Positions 25,980 through 38,354 of a stretch of 64,000 nt of DNA are shown here, piece after piece. The position numbers and the translations under genes were made by a program. The notes below the pieces were generated by a model. The model worked only from the letters and a program-made list of their open reading frames with translations. It made no database searches and had not been told where the DNA came from. How positions within the stretch are numbered: position 1 is the first letter of the stretch; each line of letters opens with the position of its first letter. The DNA comes from Octopus vulgaris (taxonomy: Eukaryota): contig OX597827.1 of assembly GCA_951406725.2 (NCBI GenBank), forward strand, positions 43,276,001-43,340,000, given 5' to 3'.

Positions 25980-26362
25980 TTTCAGGCGTCTAGAGACCTT
26001 TCTAGGGGCGTCTCGCTCTTTCGTGCTAGTGGGGGACTGGAACAGTATCTTAGACGAACGCATTGAATATGTGAGGACATTTAGTGGAAAAGGCGGGTGC
26101 AAAAGCTTCTCAAGCCAGCTCAGTAGATTCAATTTAGCTGACAGGTACCGATTGAACCATCCCAATGTGCCAATATGGACCAAGTCAAACCGCAGCAGAT
26201 CAGACTTAGGATTTCCCGTAGAGTAGGAGATAGGGATAGCATAGGGTGTCCACTTTTTCAAATAGTCGGCTACACAGACCACAAATTCGTGGTATGTACG
26301 CTCGACCTAGATAGGTTACATAGACAGGGACTCGATTACTGGAAGCTGAACGCATCGTTCCC
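25980..26362 (+). pseudogene. Tx1/L1-clade LINE APE endonuclease fragment
   Basis: FVLVGDWNSILD, FNLADRYRLNHP, IWT, GYTDHKFVVCTL and YWKLNAS correspond to the L1/Tx1 GDFN, SDH and WKLN motifs. Confidence 0.88.
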
Positions 26363-26540
26363 GTCATCTATCAATAACGATCTGTTAAGCAACTACCCCA
26401 AAAGCATAATGTCCACTCCAATTATGCAGAAGAGAGGATGAGGCCAAAAAACTCCACAGTCTGTCTACCCTTGTATATATTTATTTTATTATAAATGCAA
26501 AGCAACACTACGGAGGAATCGACGTAAGCTTAAATAATTA

Positions 26541-26676
26541 ACCGCGATATGTGAACCGCGATAGGTGCACCGCGATAGGTGCACCGCGATAGTGAACCGC
26601 GATATGTGAACCGCGATATGTGAACCGCGATAGGTGCACCGCGATAGGTAAACCGTGATATGGTGCGGGATTACTG
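26541..26676 (-). repeat. pogo/Tigger-type terminus with an expanded 14-bp subterminal repeat array
   Basis: Minus strand TA|CAGTAATCCCGCACCATATCACGGTT followed by about 8-9 units of (A/C)TATCGCGGT(T/G)CAC. Confidence 0.75.
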
Positions 26677-26793
26677 TACACAACATATCTTATCAGTTTT
26701 CTTATACAATTCTTAATAATATTTCATTATAAAAATATAAGATTTTTAAAAAATCAAATGGTTTTGAGGGTCCAGTAGCGTAAAATAGCACAA

Positions 26794-27028
26794 AAGGCGG
26801 CGAGCTGGCAGAATCGGTAGCACGCCGGGCGAAATGCGTAGCCGTATTTCGTCTGCCGTTACGTTCTGAGTTCAAATTCCGCCGAGGTCGACTTTGCCTT
26901 TCATCCTTTCGGGGTCGATAAATTAAGTACCAGTTACGCAGTGGGGTCGATGTAATCGACTTAATCCGTTTGTCTGTCCTTGTTTGTCCCCTCTGTGTTT
27001 AGCCCCTTGTGGGTAGTAAAGAAATAAG
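26794..27028 (+). mobile_element. SINE family B, full-length monomer with TSD
   Basis: Complete head, core and long tail; AGTAGC(G/A)TAAAATAG on both sides. Confidence 0.9.
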
Positions 27029-27054
27029 TAGCATAAAATAGAGAGCAAAAAGGG

Positions 27055-27790
27055 TCCATAATTGGTGAATTATCATCCTGAAAGATTGCATTTCTCCCCG
27101 GAAACAGTTCCGCAACCATTTGATCAGATAAAATTCTTAAATAGTCTTCACTGTTCAGCCATGTAAAGAAACTATTAGGCCGGCAGATTTCCAAGATATA
27201 GCCCTCACCCCAGATCATCACAGATCCTCCTACGTGTTTAACAGTTGGAAGAAGGCAGTCTGGATCAAATGCTTCTTTTGGCTGTCTTCACACATATACT
27301 CGGCTGGTGGTCGGAAATAAGGTAAAGGATGACTCGACCAAGAAAATAACATTCTGCCACTGTTGGTTTTAGTCCACTCTAAAAACTTTGCAACATTTGT
27401 TTTCGAAAGCAGTACTTTTCTGATTGCTGCCCTCCCGTGAAATCCAGCATTGTGCAGCTCCAGGCGAACAGTTTTTGTGGGAACGGTGTACTCGAGGTGG
27501 TCATTAAGCTCTGCAGTAATTTTGAGAGCTGCACTTTTGTGATCCTTTCTAATAATTTGCATTAGAGCTCGATGATCCCTATCTGAAAGTTTTGGTTTTC
27601 TTCAGGAGTCTTAGTTTTCTTCAGGAGTCTTGGTTTGACGAAGAGGTTTTTGCCTCTTTCTCAAAGGCTGTCATTACTTTCGAGACAGTACTTCTTGATA
27701 TACCAAACATTTCGGATGTTTTCGTTATGCTAGCGCCTGGCATACGAGCACCAACAATTTGACCTCTTTGAAAGTCCGATAAATCTGTCA
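27055..27790 (-). pseudogene. Tc1-family transposase, decayed and 3'-truncated
   Basis: MTDLSDFQRGQIVGAR, GISRSTVSKV, KTVRLELHNAGFHGRAAIRK, PTVKHVGGSVMIWG, IFQDDNSPI. Confidence 0.93.
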
Positions 27791-27849
27791 TTTTAATGAA
27801 TTTTAATAACATTTTTCTGCTGATTTCTGAAGAGAAACAGCAATTTTAG

Positions 27850-27920
27850 CCCGGTCTGGGACTCGAAACCGCGATCCTCAGACCGCGAGTCCGCTGCCCT
27901 AACCACTGGGCCACTGCGCA
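27850..27920 (-). mobile_element. tRNA-derived SINE head fragment
   Basis: TGGCCCAGTGGTTAGGGCAGCGG...GTTTCGAGTCCC; no proper 7-nt anticodon loop. Confidence 0.7.
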
Positions 27921-28012
27921 CCCCATATATATATATGTATGTATATGTATATCACTATCTTTAGTTATATATATGTGTATGTATGTATGTATGTATGTAT
28001 GTATGTATAGAC

Positions 28013-28086
<74 letters not shown>

Positions 28087-29678
28087 GAATAATGTAAGCG
28101 CTTCGTTAACAGAAGCGCTTACATTACATTTTAAGCTATTTTAACATTCAGATTGACATTAGTTTCAATTTGTTTTGTTTATTTTTCTACTTTATTGGAC
28201 AAAAATTTCTCTTTTTAAAACCAATTGAATAAATCTATGCGTTTTTCAGATTTTACTGCTCGATGTTCCGCCAAAATAATGGAATGTGATGAGAAAATAT
28301 CATCACTCATTCGTTTCGTTTCGGTGTTGATTTATTTTTGTATGTCACACCTTCTGACCTACTTTTCTTATTTATTATTATTATTTTTTTTTTTTGTTGT
28401 TGTTCAAGAAAAAAGATGAAACAAAAACAAGCTTTTAGATTTTTGTGTTTGAACATCGGAGATTGAAAGTACATACAATAAAACAAAAAATAAATAAAAT
28501 ATTTTTTAAAAACAAAAACAAAAAATAATATATACTCTCCCTTCAATACATTGTATACGTATTTATGTACTAGTGTGTGTATGTGTGTATGTACGTACGT
28601 ATGTATGATTGCATGTATGTATGTGTGCATATATGTATGTATGTATGTATATAAGTATATGTATATATATATATGTACGTGTGTTTGTATGTGTATGTGT
28701 GTATGTGTGTATGCATATACGTAAATACAAGTATGTATGAATGCCTATATGTATGTATGTGTCTGTATGTATTTGTATGTGTGTGTATGTATGTGTACAT
28801 ATGTCTGTCTGTATTTAAGTGTGCGTATATATGTATGTATGTATGTAAGTATGTGTGTGCATGTATATGTATCTCTGTGTGTATGTGTGTGTGTGTGTGT
28901 GTGTGTGCGTGTGTGTGTGTAATATCTTTTATCGCTCGTTGCAGTTATTAGACTCCATGCTGGAGTACAGCCTAAAAGAAATTCTAGTCGAACGTATCGA
29001 CTCTGGTGCCAATTTTATCTTTAAAACCTGGTACTTATCTTATCGGTATCTTTTGCTGAACTGCTAAGTTGCTGGGATGCAAACAAAACGATACCGACTA
29101 TTAAGCGGTGGTGTGGGAGGGGGGACAAATACACAAGCAAATACAGAAACACACACACGTACACACACACACATGAAACACACACACACACACATGTATA
29201 TATACTTATATATTGTCACAAAGGTATGCATATACATACCCTAAGCACTTACATATGCGTGTGTCAAGATGAGTGTGCACGCACCTGACCGCGCACAATT
29301 CCGATTGTGTAAGTGCATACTCGCGTATGGTGTGTATGTATGTATGCATGTATGTATGTATGTATGTATGTATGTATGTATGTATGTATGTATGTATGTA
29401 TGTTTGTATGTATGTATGTATGCATGCATGTATGTATTATGTATGTATGTATGTATGTATGTATGTATGTATGTATGTATGTATGTATGTATGTATGTAT
29501 GTTTGTATGTATGTATGTGTGTATGTATGCACGTATCAGTATACATGCATGTCATGTGCATATTTGTTATCATGAGAGCATGTATATGTGCGTATGTATG
29601 AATATATACGTGCGCATGTTCACACACATGCGCACGCAAACACACTTATATACAGACGCATGTAAATATGTATGTATG

Positions 29679-29727
<49 letters not shown>

Positions 29728-29734
<7 letters not shown>

Positions 29735-30508
29735 TATGCGTTTTTACTGCTTGGATCGCATTCAATGCCACTACATCCCGTCCGATTCGCTCCAAAATTT
29801 ACAGGGACATGTAGAATGAGGTGACGATGCCCGTGAGCTACCTTAGAAAACACTATCTTAAAAGGTGTGGTTGCTAGGGGCCATCTTCCTCACTCACGCT
29901 ATTTCCTCCATTACCCTCTCACTCCCCTCCATTATAACTTTGACAATTCCACTACCGTTATTTAATGTATCTGTTACTCTCGCGATTTCCTCTCTTTTTC
30001 ACTCACTCTGTTTCCTACCTTCCCATCAGTTCTTTTATGTATCTGTCTGTCACCAACAACACACGAGCATGAGAACAAATATTATGAATCAGATATTCTT
30101 GCGTTCATTTATATGTGTGTGTGTTCTATATATAAATATGTATATATAATGTATGTGTGTGTGTGTGTTCTATATATAAATATGTATATATAATGTATAT
30201 ATACAAAGTGTATTTATCTGTATTTATTTATAATAAACTTTTTCATACTTTTTCATAGTTATATATATTTTTAAACAAATTATAAATATAATTTAATAAT
30301 TTTTATTTTCAATTTAAATAATTTCAATTTTTCAATTTTATATTTTATATATTTACTATATTATATTTTGTTTTTGTTTTTGTTTTTGGTTTTTCACAGT
30401 TTGATATAAGTGGTTTTATCTCTAATTTATACAGATATATATCTCATTTGTATACATTTGTATATATAATGCGTGCACACACACACACATATATATATAC
30501 ACATATAT

Positions 30509-30581
<73 letters not shown>

Positions 30582-31757
30582 CATTACGTAGTCGGTCGAT
30601 TCAGCTGAAAATATGCACACCTATGTTAAAAGTGCTGGCAAGTTTGCATGACAACTATTTTTTTCCTCAAATGAAAGGCGTCAACTCTAGGACAAAATTC
30701 CTCATCTTATAAAATGTGGCCCCAGTAGACCCGAATGAAATCGGGTTATATTAACCAAAATGTGAAAAGGGGTCTAAATGGTGCTGGAAGGGGATTAAAA
30801 TTTCAAGGAGCGGGTGTTTAGGAATTCTCTGTTACATCAAGCTAAAAAATTTGCGCCAGCCTTTTAATCGTCAATGTGTTGCCGTCCATGATAAAGAAGT
30901 TTTGAATGCTTGCCATGGTGAGTCGTGAGAAAGAATCACTTCAAAACTTGGTGTTTACGAATTTTCTTTTACATCAAGTTCAAAATTTTACGCCAGCCGT
31001 TAATCTGTCAATACGTTGCTGTCCGTCGTTAAGAAATGCCAGCCATGGTGACTCTACTATCCTCAGATTCTATCCCTTCAAACTTTGGTTTCCAATATTT
31101 TATTATTTTTATTCAGCTCGCAAGTTCGTCTGTCCCTTTTAAATGTTAGCGTTTTGCTGTCTGCCTTGAAGCAGACCTTTCCGTTGCCACTGCCTGATAT
31201 TTATGATTGATCTTTCTAAATATTTTATTTCTCAACTTACTCAAGATCTTTTGTTGTTTATAAATGGGAGAGAGATAGATAAAGATAGAGAGTAAGAGAA
31301 AGCGAGGGAGAGTCCGAGAGAAAAGAAAAGTAAGAGAGTGGGAAAGTGAGAGAGAAAGGAGAGAGAAACAAAGACGGAGAATCATCATCATCATCATCGT
31401 TTAACGTCCGTTTTCCGTGCTAGCACGGGTTGGACAGTGTGACCGGAGTCTGGGAAGCCAGGAGGCTGCACCAGGCTCCAGTCTGATCTGGCAGTGTTTC
31501 TACAGGTGGATGACCTTCCTAACGCCAACCACTCTGTGAGTGTAGTGGGTGCTTTTTTCGTGCCGCCGGCACAGGTGCCAGGGGGCTCGCAGGGGCAACG
31601 ATCGGTTGGCGCTTTTTACGTGCCGCCGGCACAGAAGCAAGTCAAGGCGGCGCTGCAATCGGCCACGTTCGGATGGTGCTTTTTACGTGCTGAAAGGAAG
31701 CAACAGAAAGTAAGAACCACACTCTTACCCGCGCGTAGAGCGGGTCACCTTCAACTA

Positions 31758-31758
<1 letters not shown>
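29728..31758 (+). mobile_element. Probable ~2-kb non-autonomous Helitron with nested insertions
   Basis: 3' hairpin ACCCGC-GCGTAGA-GCGGGT (31727-31745) then CTAG|T. The 5' part CCGATTCGCTCCAAAATTT resembles the CCGATTCTGATGAAACTT segment of the 9857 Helitron. The 5' boundary is uncertain. Confidence 0.55.
31381..31690 (-). mobile_element. Retroposon 3' part with (GAT)n tail and ~60-bp internal repeats
   Basis: Minus strand GGTTGGCGTTAGGAAGG...AACGGACGTTAAACGATGATGATGAT; GCACG(T/A)AAAAAGC occurs three times. Confidence 0.75.
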
Positions 31759-31827
<69 letters not shown>

Positions 31828-32145
31828 ATAAATATATATATATGTGTGTATAAATATATATATATGTATGTATATATATACAGAAAATATATACGTATCT
31901 AGGCTTATATACATACATACATGCATGTGTGTGAGTGCGTGTGTGTGTGGGTTTGTGTGTGTATGTGTGTGTGTGTATGTGGGTATGTGTGTATATGTGT
32001 ATGTGTGTATGTGTGTGTGTGTATGTGTGTATGTGTGTATGTGTGTGTGTCTACGTGTATGCGTGCGCGCATTCAAATATTCTGAGGGTCATATTTACAC
32101 TGACGCCTCCAGATTCGCATTAAATCGACTCATATGCACATGCAA

Positions 32146-32199
<54 letters not shown>

Positions 32200-32338
32200 G
32201 TGCTCAAACACGGACATCATCTACCCGAAACGATGCCAACCTACAGCTGTGAAGCGGGTATGGTTTATAGAGGAATCTTTAGTGTGGGTAGTATAGATTA
32301 CATGCTTAGGTTAATGGCTCAGGCTGATAGGCTGATTA

Positions 32339-32339
<1 letters not shown>

Positions 32340-32374
<35 letters not shown>

Positions 32375-33043
32375 AGAGAGGGAGAGGGAAAAAGAGAGAA
32401 AGTGAGAGAGAGAAAGAGAGAGAGGGAGAAAGTATGAGATAGAGAGTGAAAGAGAGAGAGAGAGAGAGGGGGAAAGTGTGAGATAGAGAGGGAAAGAGAG
32501 GGAGAGAGAGACTGAGAGAGAGAGAGAGAGAGAGAGAGAGGAATTTAGAAAAACAGTGAGCAAGCTAGAAATAAGGAGTGAAAGAGAGAAAGACACAAAG
32601 AAAAAGGAGGAAGAAAGAGTGAGAAAAAGAAAGAAAGCCAGGAAGGGAGAGAGAGCCAGACAGACACAGAGAGAAAGAGAGAGTAAGTGAAAGAAAGTGA
32701 GTGAAAGAGAGAGACACAGACAAAGAGAGGAGGGAGAGAAAGAGGGAGAGAGAGTGAAAGAGAGAGCAAAAGAGAGGGATGACGAGAGGAAAGGAGTGTT
32801 TGTCGTTCGAATGAGAGAGGGAAAGTTAGAAAAAAGAAAAAGAACAAGATCGATTCTTAAAACTGAGAGAGGGAGAGTGAAAAAGAGAGAGGGAGAGAGA
32901 GAGAGGAAGAAGGAGAGAGTGAGTAAGTGAGAGATAGAGAGTGAAAGAGAGAGAGACACACACACAAAGAAAGAGAGAGAATGAGAAAATAACTGAGGGA
33001 AACAGTTTCTGAGTGACAGAAATTAAATCAGGGAATGTGTGCA

Positions 33044-33079
<36 letters not shown>

Positions 33080-33455
33080 TGTCTGTGAGGGGAGGGAGAC
33101 AGAGGGAGAGAAAGGGGAGAGAGAGAGAGAAAGAGGGAGAGAGAGAGAAAGATGGAGAGAGGGAAAGAGGGAGAGAGAGAAAGAGGGAGAGAGAGAAAGA
33201 GCGGGAGATAGAAATAGAGAGAGAAGTAAAGTGTGTGTGTGAGAGAGATAAAGAGTGAGAGAGAAAGAGAGAGAGAGAGAGAAAGAGAAAGAGAGATAGA
33301 GACAGAGAAGTAAAGAGTGAAAGAGACAGCGAGCTGGGAACGTATATGTGTGAGAGAGAGATAGAGTGAGAGTTAGAGACAGAGATAGAAAGAGAGAGAG
33401 AGAGAGAGAAGTAAAGTGTGTGTGAGAGAAAGATAGAGAGAGAGAGAGAGAGAGG
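32340..33455. repeat. GA-rich polypurine low-complexity tract
   Basis: Directly visible; a similar tract lies at 39645-40540. Confidence 0.95.
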
Positions 33456-33544
33456 GTGGAACGTGTGAGAGATAAAGGCAGGGTTGTAGAAGGGGTGAAT
33501 TCTAACAGGTGCGATTCGACTCAAATAACCGTAAGTAACCCCGG

Positions 33545-33570
33545 TGACGTCAGCAAATAAATGAATATAA
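33545..33570 (+). promoter_or_regulatory. Candidate CRE site with adjacent TATA-like motif
   Basis: Perfect TGACGTCA at 33545-33552 and AATATAAA about 12 nt downstream, in a non-repetitive island. Motif evidence only. Confidence 0.25.
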
Positions 33571-34099
33571 ATTACTTCGTAATATAAGAACAGACACAAA
33601 CATAAAATAAAACAGAACAACAACATTATATTAGAAACGAAAAACAAAGAAGGCTTCACCCTTCACCTTTATAATGATGTCAGCTGTTCCCTTCACCCCT
33701 AATTTGTCCAATATAGATTCCACGCTGAGGGAAGATAATAAATGATTAACAATGACTTGCTTGTTTATTCCCAATACGATCAGGTAGATTCGAACGCAAA
33801 TATGCTAATCGCTATTGTGTATGTCACAATAGAACGACTTGTCATTTTACGCCAACAATTTATTTATGATACACGTGGCTCATTGGTACAAGGGTTGCTA
33901 GGACAGCGGTGCTTTGATATCTTGTGTCTTATCAGTCACAGACACCCGGACTTTGAGTCTAAACAAGAGCCGAAGACTTTGTTTATAATTTCAGCGAACA
34001 CGCTTTTCGCTGATCAGTGATGATATCTGCAAGTCGTTATTTCCATTGTGAAATACCGCAACCTGAAACGTTGACGTTTTATATTTACTCATAAATATT

Positions 34100-34301
34100 C
34101 TTTTCTACCCTAGGCACAAGGCCCGAAAGTTCTGGGGAGGGGGCTAGTCGATTAAATCGACCCCAGTGCGTAAGTGGTACTTAATTTATCGACCCTGAAA
34201 GGATGGAAGGCAAAGTCGACCTCGGCGGAATTTGAACTCAGAACGTAAAGACAGGCAAAATACCGCTAAGCATTTTGCCCGGCGTGCTAACGTTTCTGCC
34301 A
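34100..34301 (-). mobile_element. SINE family B (short tail) with 17-bp TSD
   Basis: ATTTACTCATAAATATT at 34083-34099 and 34302-34318. Confidence 0.92.
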
Positions 34302-34395
34302 ATTTACTCATAAATATTACCGGCTGATTCCAACGGAGGCATGCTAATTGCTGTTGTGTAAGTCACAGAGCAATTTCTCTTTTTTACGGTGGTAA

Positions 34396-35095
34396 TTCTT
34401 TTCTACTCTAGACACAAGGTCCGAAATTTTTGTGGGAGGGGTCAGTCGGTTAGATCGACCACAGTACGTAATTGGTACTTAATTTATCGACTCCGAAAGG
34501 ATGAAGGGCAAAGTTGACCTCGGTGGAATTTGAACTCAGAAGGTAAAGACAGACGAAATACCTATTTCTTTACTACCCACAAGGGGCTAAATGCAGAGGG
34601 GTCAAACAAGGACAGACAAACGGATTAAGTCGATAACATCGACGCTAGTGCGTAACTGGTACTTAATTTATCGACCCTGAAAGGATGAAAGGCAAAGTCG
34701 ACTTCGGCGGAATTTGAACTCAGAACGTAACGGCAGACGAAATACCTATTTCTTTACTACTCACTAGGGGCTAAACACAGAGAGGACAAACAAGGACCGA
34801 CAAACGGATTAAGTCGATAACATCGACGCTAGTGCGTAACTGGTACTTAATTTATCGACCCTGAAAGGATGAAAGGCAAAGTCGACTTCGGCGGAATTTG
34901 AACTCAGAACGTAACGGCAGACGAAATACCTATTTCTTTACTACTCACTAGGGGCTAAACACAGAGAGGACAAACAAGGACCAACAAACGGATTAAGTCG
35001 ATTATATCGACCCCAGTGCGTAACTGGTACTTAATTTATCGACCCTGAAAGGATGAAAAGCAAAGTCGACCTCGGCAGAACTTGAACTCAGAACA
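34396..35095 (-). mobile_element. SINE family B tetramer, 184-bp period
   Basis: TTGAACTCAGAA at 34530, 34714, 34898 and 35082; three long tails and a terminal short tail. Confidence 0.92.
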
Positions 35096-35833
35096 TTAAC
35101 GATATTCTAATTGCTGTTGTGTAAGTCACAGGAGAACAATGCTTTTTTACGGCGATAATGCGTTCATAATGATCTTGACTCATTGGAGGCAAGGATTAAA
35201 GGCCAATGGTATTTCGACATATTGTTTCTCATCGGCCAGAAGCTATTCGCTGATCAGTGTTATTTGCCAACGGATAATAAATCGTAATTTGCATCGTGAA
35301 ATGCCAGAATCTGCCGCAGCGTTCTAAAGAAATTAATTAACAAAAATAGTTATGTAACTGATAGTTTGAAAATTCTTCTCTTTAACAGCTCGGGCGCTTT
35401 TACATCAGGGATGATAAGAAATGAGGCATTTTTCGATAGTAAAAATTTTAAATAGAACAGGAAGTAAAATAGAGAATTAATTGCTTCTGTTTTTTTTTAT
35501 TTATAGATGCTGATCTAAGATGGAAAAGCATGGAAATATGTCGGTGGCGGTGGAATACAAATGTCATATTAGAAAACAATATTGAAAATATATGCATTTT
35601 ATGAAACAAATTACTAATGCATTATTAAGCTGGCAAGCAATAATGTGTTGCTTAGGTCAATCAGTTTATGAAGTATTTTATAACACAGGTTATGTATACT
35701 TGTATGTGTGTGTGTGTGTGTGTGTGTTTATGTGTGTGTGCGTGCGCGTGCAGGTGTGCTTGTATGTACATATTTACATCTATCTCTCACAATATACATA
35801 CATACATACATACATACATACATACATACATAC

Positions 35834-35871
<38 letters not shown>

Positions 35872-35945
35872 TATGATGTGAATTTGCTACCCAGGTATCG
35901 GTTATCTTTCGAATTATCCTTAATAAGATAATTCATTCAACTACT

Positions 35946-36006
<61 letters not shown>

Positions 36007-36049
36007 TAGAACCTCGGTTTTCGAATAACTGATCACGAATAAATCGTGT

Positions 36050-36083
<34 letters not shown>

Positions 36084-36089
36084 ATCTAA

Positions 36090-36136
<47 letters not shown>

Positions 36137-36157
36137 GTTTTATATATATACATGCAT

Positions 36158-36224
<67 letters not shown>

Positions 36225-36309
36225 TTAGAATTTACAAAAAAAAAAAAACGAAGACGTGTGTGTAAACAATAAACAGGTGTATTAGATTAACTCTCGGGAA
36301 GATGAGACA

Positions 36310-36346
36310 GTCTATAACATTTCGAGCATACGCTCTTCAACAGAAA
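36310..36346 (-). ncRNA. Hammerhead-like motif (core CUGUUGA), copy 3, in element 36224-36360
   Basis: Minus strand CTTT-CTGTTGA-A-GAGC-GTAT-GCTC-GAAAT-GTT-ATAG. Confidence 0.5.
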
Positions 36347-36380
36347 GGAACACGAGAAAATATATAAATATATATATATA

Positions 36381-37438
36381 CTGGGTTGGCAACAATGATA
36401 CCGCCGTTTTTTTAAATTTTGGAATCTATTTTTTCGAGAATTCTACTTTTGAATAATTTTGGAACCTATTTTATTTTATTTTTTTCTAGTTAATTTTAGT
36501 TACTTTTTGTTTGTTTTCAGATCATTAAAATGGAATGTCAAGTTAAGAAAAACGAGCATTTTCGACACCTCCTTCTTTTTGCTTTTAATCAAGGTTCTAA
36601 GGCCGCAAAAGCTGCTCGCGACCGTTGTGCTGTGTATGGAGAGGGTGCCATAGCTGAAGGAAGAGCTCGTGATTGGTATGCCAAGTTCAAAAATGGAAAT
36701 TTTGACCTCAAAGACGCACCTCGTTCTGGCCGTCCAGCTGAGTTTTCGACGAAGAGCTATAAAAGCAACTTTTGCACGAAAATTCTCGTCAAGCGACAAG
36801 GGAAGTGGCAGAGGAAATGGAATGCTCCCACACTGCAATAGAGAAGCATCTTCACTCGATGGGAAAGGTTCAAAAGTATGGAGCATGGGTTCCGCGTGAT
36901 TTGAGTGACAACAACAAACATCAACGAACCACAATCTCCGCTTTGTCACCGCTCGACTCATGGACACAAGCAACGATTTCTTTACCGAATCATTACTGGC
37001 GACGAAAAACGGTGCCTGTGCATTAATATGAAGCAGCGTAAGGAATGGCTTAGCCCCGGTAATCAAGCGACACCGCGCGTGATGCAAGATCTTCATCCGC
37101 GTAAAACGATGTTGTGCGTATGGTGGGACTGGGAAGGGATTATCCATTACGAATTGCTTGAACGGAACCAAACGGTCAACGCGGAACTCTATGTTCAAAA
37201 GATGGAACGACTCAACACGGCTATTCAAAAGAAAAGACCTAATCGGCAGCCTTCATATCACCAATATGATCATGGAAGCCATTCAAATGCATGACTGAGA
37301 ATTGCTGCCACACCCGCAGTACACACTTAATTTGGCACCAACGGATTTCCACCTCTTTCGATCTCTTTCGAATGCCATGCGCGGAGTTTTAAAAAAATTA
37401 AATGAAAGAAAACGACGGAAACTTAGTTGTCAACCTAT
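36381..37438 (+). mobile_element. Mariner transposon with decayed, internally deleted transposase (from 36530)
   Basis: MECQVKKNEHFRHLLLFAF, WYAKFKNGNFDLKDAPRSGRP, WVPRDL, RIITGDEKR, MLCVWWDWEGIIHYELL, LAPTDFHLF. TIRs GGGTTGGCAAC...CCGTTTT and AAAACGACGG...GTTGTCAACC. Confidence 0.95.
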
Positions 37439-37688
37439 ATATATATATAAAGCACGATTTATTCGTGATCAGAGTTGTTCAAAAGCCGAGGTACTACTGT
37501 ATGTGTGTGTGTGTGTGTGTGTGAAGGGTAAGAAGCATGGTTCTTGGTTCAGTCCCAATGCATAACAATTGGGTAAGTGTCTTCTACAGTAGTCTCGGGC
37601 CGACAAAAAATATATATATACATATAGCTATACATATACATACATAGATACATACATACATAGATACATACATACATAGATACATACA

Positions 37689-37766
<78 letters not shown>

Positions 37767-37775
37767 TGTCTCGAA

Positions 37776-37820
<45 letters not shown>

Positions 37821-37931
37821 CATTACAGATATAGGGTGAAATATAATTATTTTAATAAAATCAACAAATTTCACCTAGTAGTATTTCGGTAGGGAAAAGT
37901 TTTTACCGAATAAGTTATATAAGTTTTTACC

Positions 37932-38002
<71 letters not shown>

Positions 38003-38004
<2 letters not shown>

Positions 38005-38163
38005 GACAGTCTTCTTTCAGTTTCCGTCAACCAAATCCACTGACAAGGTTTTGGCCGGCCCGAGGCTATAGAGTAGAAGACAGTTGGCCGAAGTACCACG
38101 CAGTGGGACTGAACGCGGAACATTGAAGTTGAGAAGCAAGCTTCTTATCACACAGCCACGCCT
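38003..38163 (-). mobile_element. SINE family A, 5' half
   Basis: Matches other copies; further diverged copies at 38499-39270, 42110-42380 and 46413-46570. Confidence 0.8.
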
Positions 38164-38354
38164 TGTTGTGAATCATTTTTTACAGAGACAGACGAACGTA
38201 CGGATTTTTGTCTATTTTACATCCGCGTTATCTTTTCGTAATTACATTTTCATTTGAATGTTCTCACTTTGAAGTGATATGTCCTCATTTTGAATTATAA
38301 TTAGTGTACTTATGGTCTTTACCAACACTCTAATGATCATTAGTCATTGTCGAG

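Larger units (their letters stand above)
36004..37499. mobile_element. pogo/Tigger-type TIR pair (~47 bp, TA flanks) enclosing nested elements
   Basis: TA|CAGTAGAACCTCGGTTTTCGAATAACTGATCACGAATAAATCGTG at 36004 and its inverted match CACGATTTATTCGTGATCAGAGTTGTTCAAAAGCCGAGGTACTACTG|TA ending at 37499. Confidence 0.85.

Noticed and set aside
26541-26660. CRISPR-like array
   Set aside because: 14-bp tandem units without unique spacers, eukaryotic context, no cas genes.
27850-27920. tRNA gene candidate (also the heads at 2380-2442 and 9625-9696)
   Set aside because: A/B boxes are present but the cloverleaf is defective and the heads match SINEs.
35490-35605. Strong-looking splice acceptor TTTTTTTATTTATAG followed by a short frame
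   Set aside because: No donor or recognisable peptide; such acceptors arise by chance in AT-rich DNA.
35890-35945. GAATTATC/GATAATTC hairpin followed by GAAA on the minus strand (similar cases near 11885-11960 and 37880-37912)
   Set aside because: The core cannot be matched to CUGANGA and stems I/III are unconvincing; too degenerate to call.
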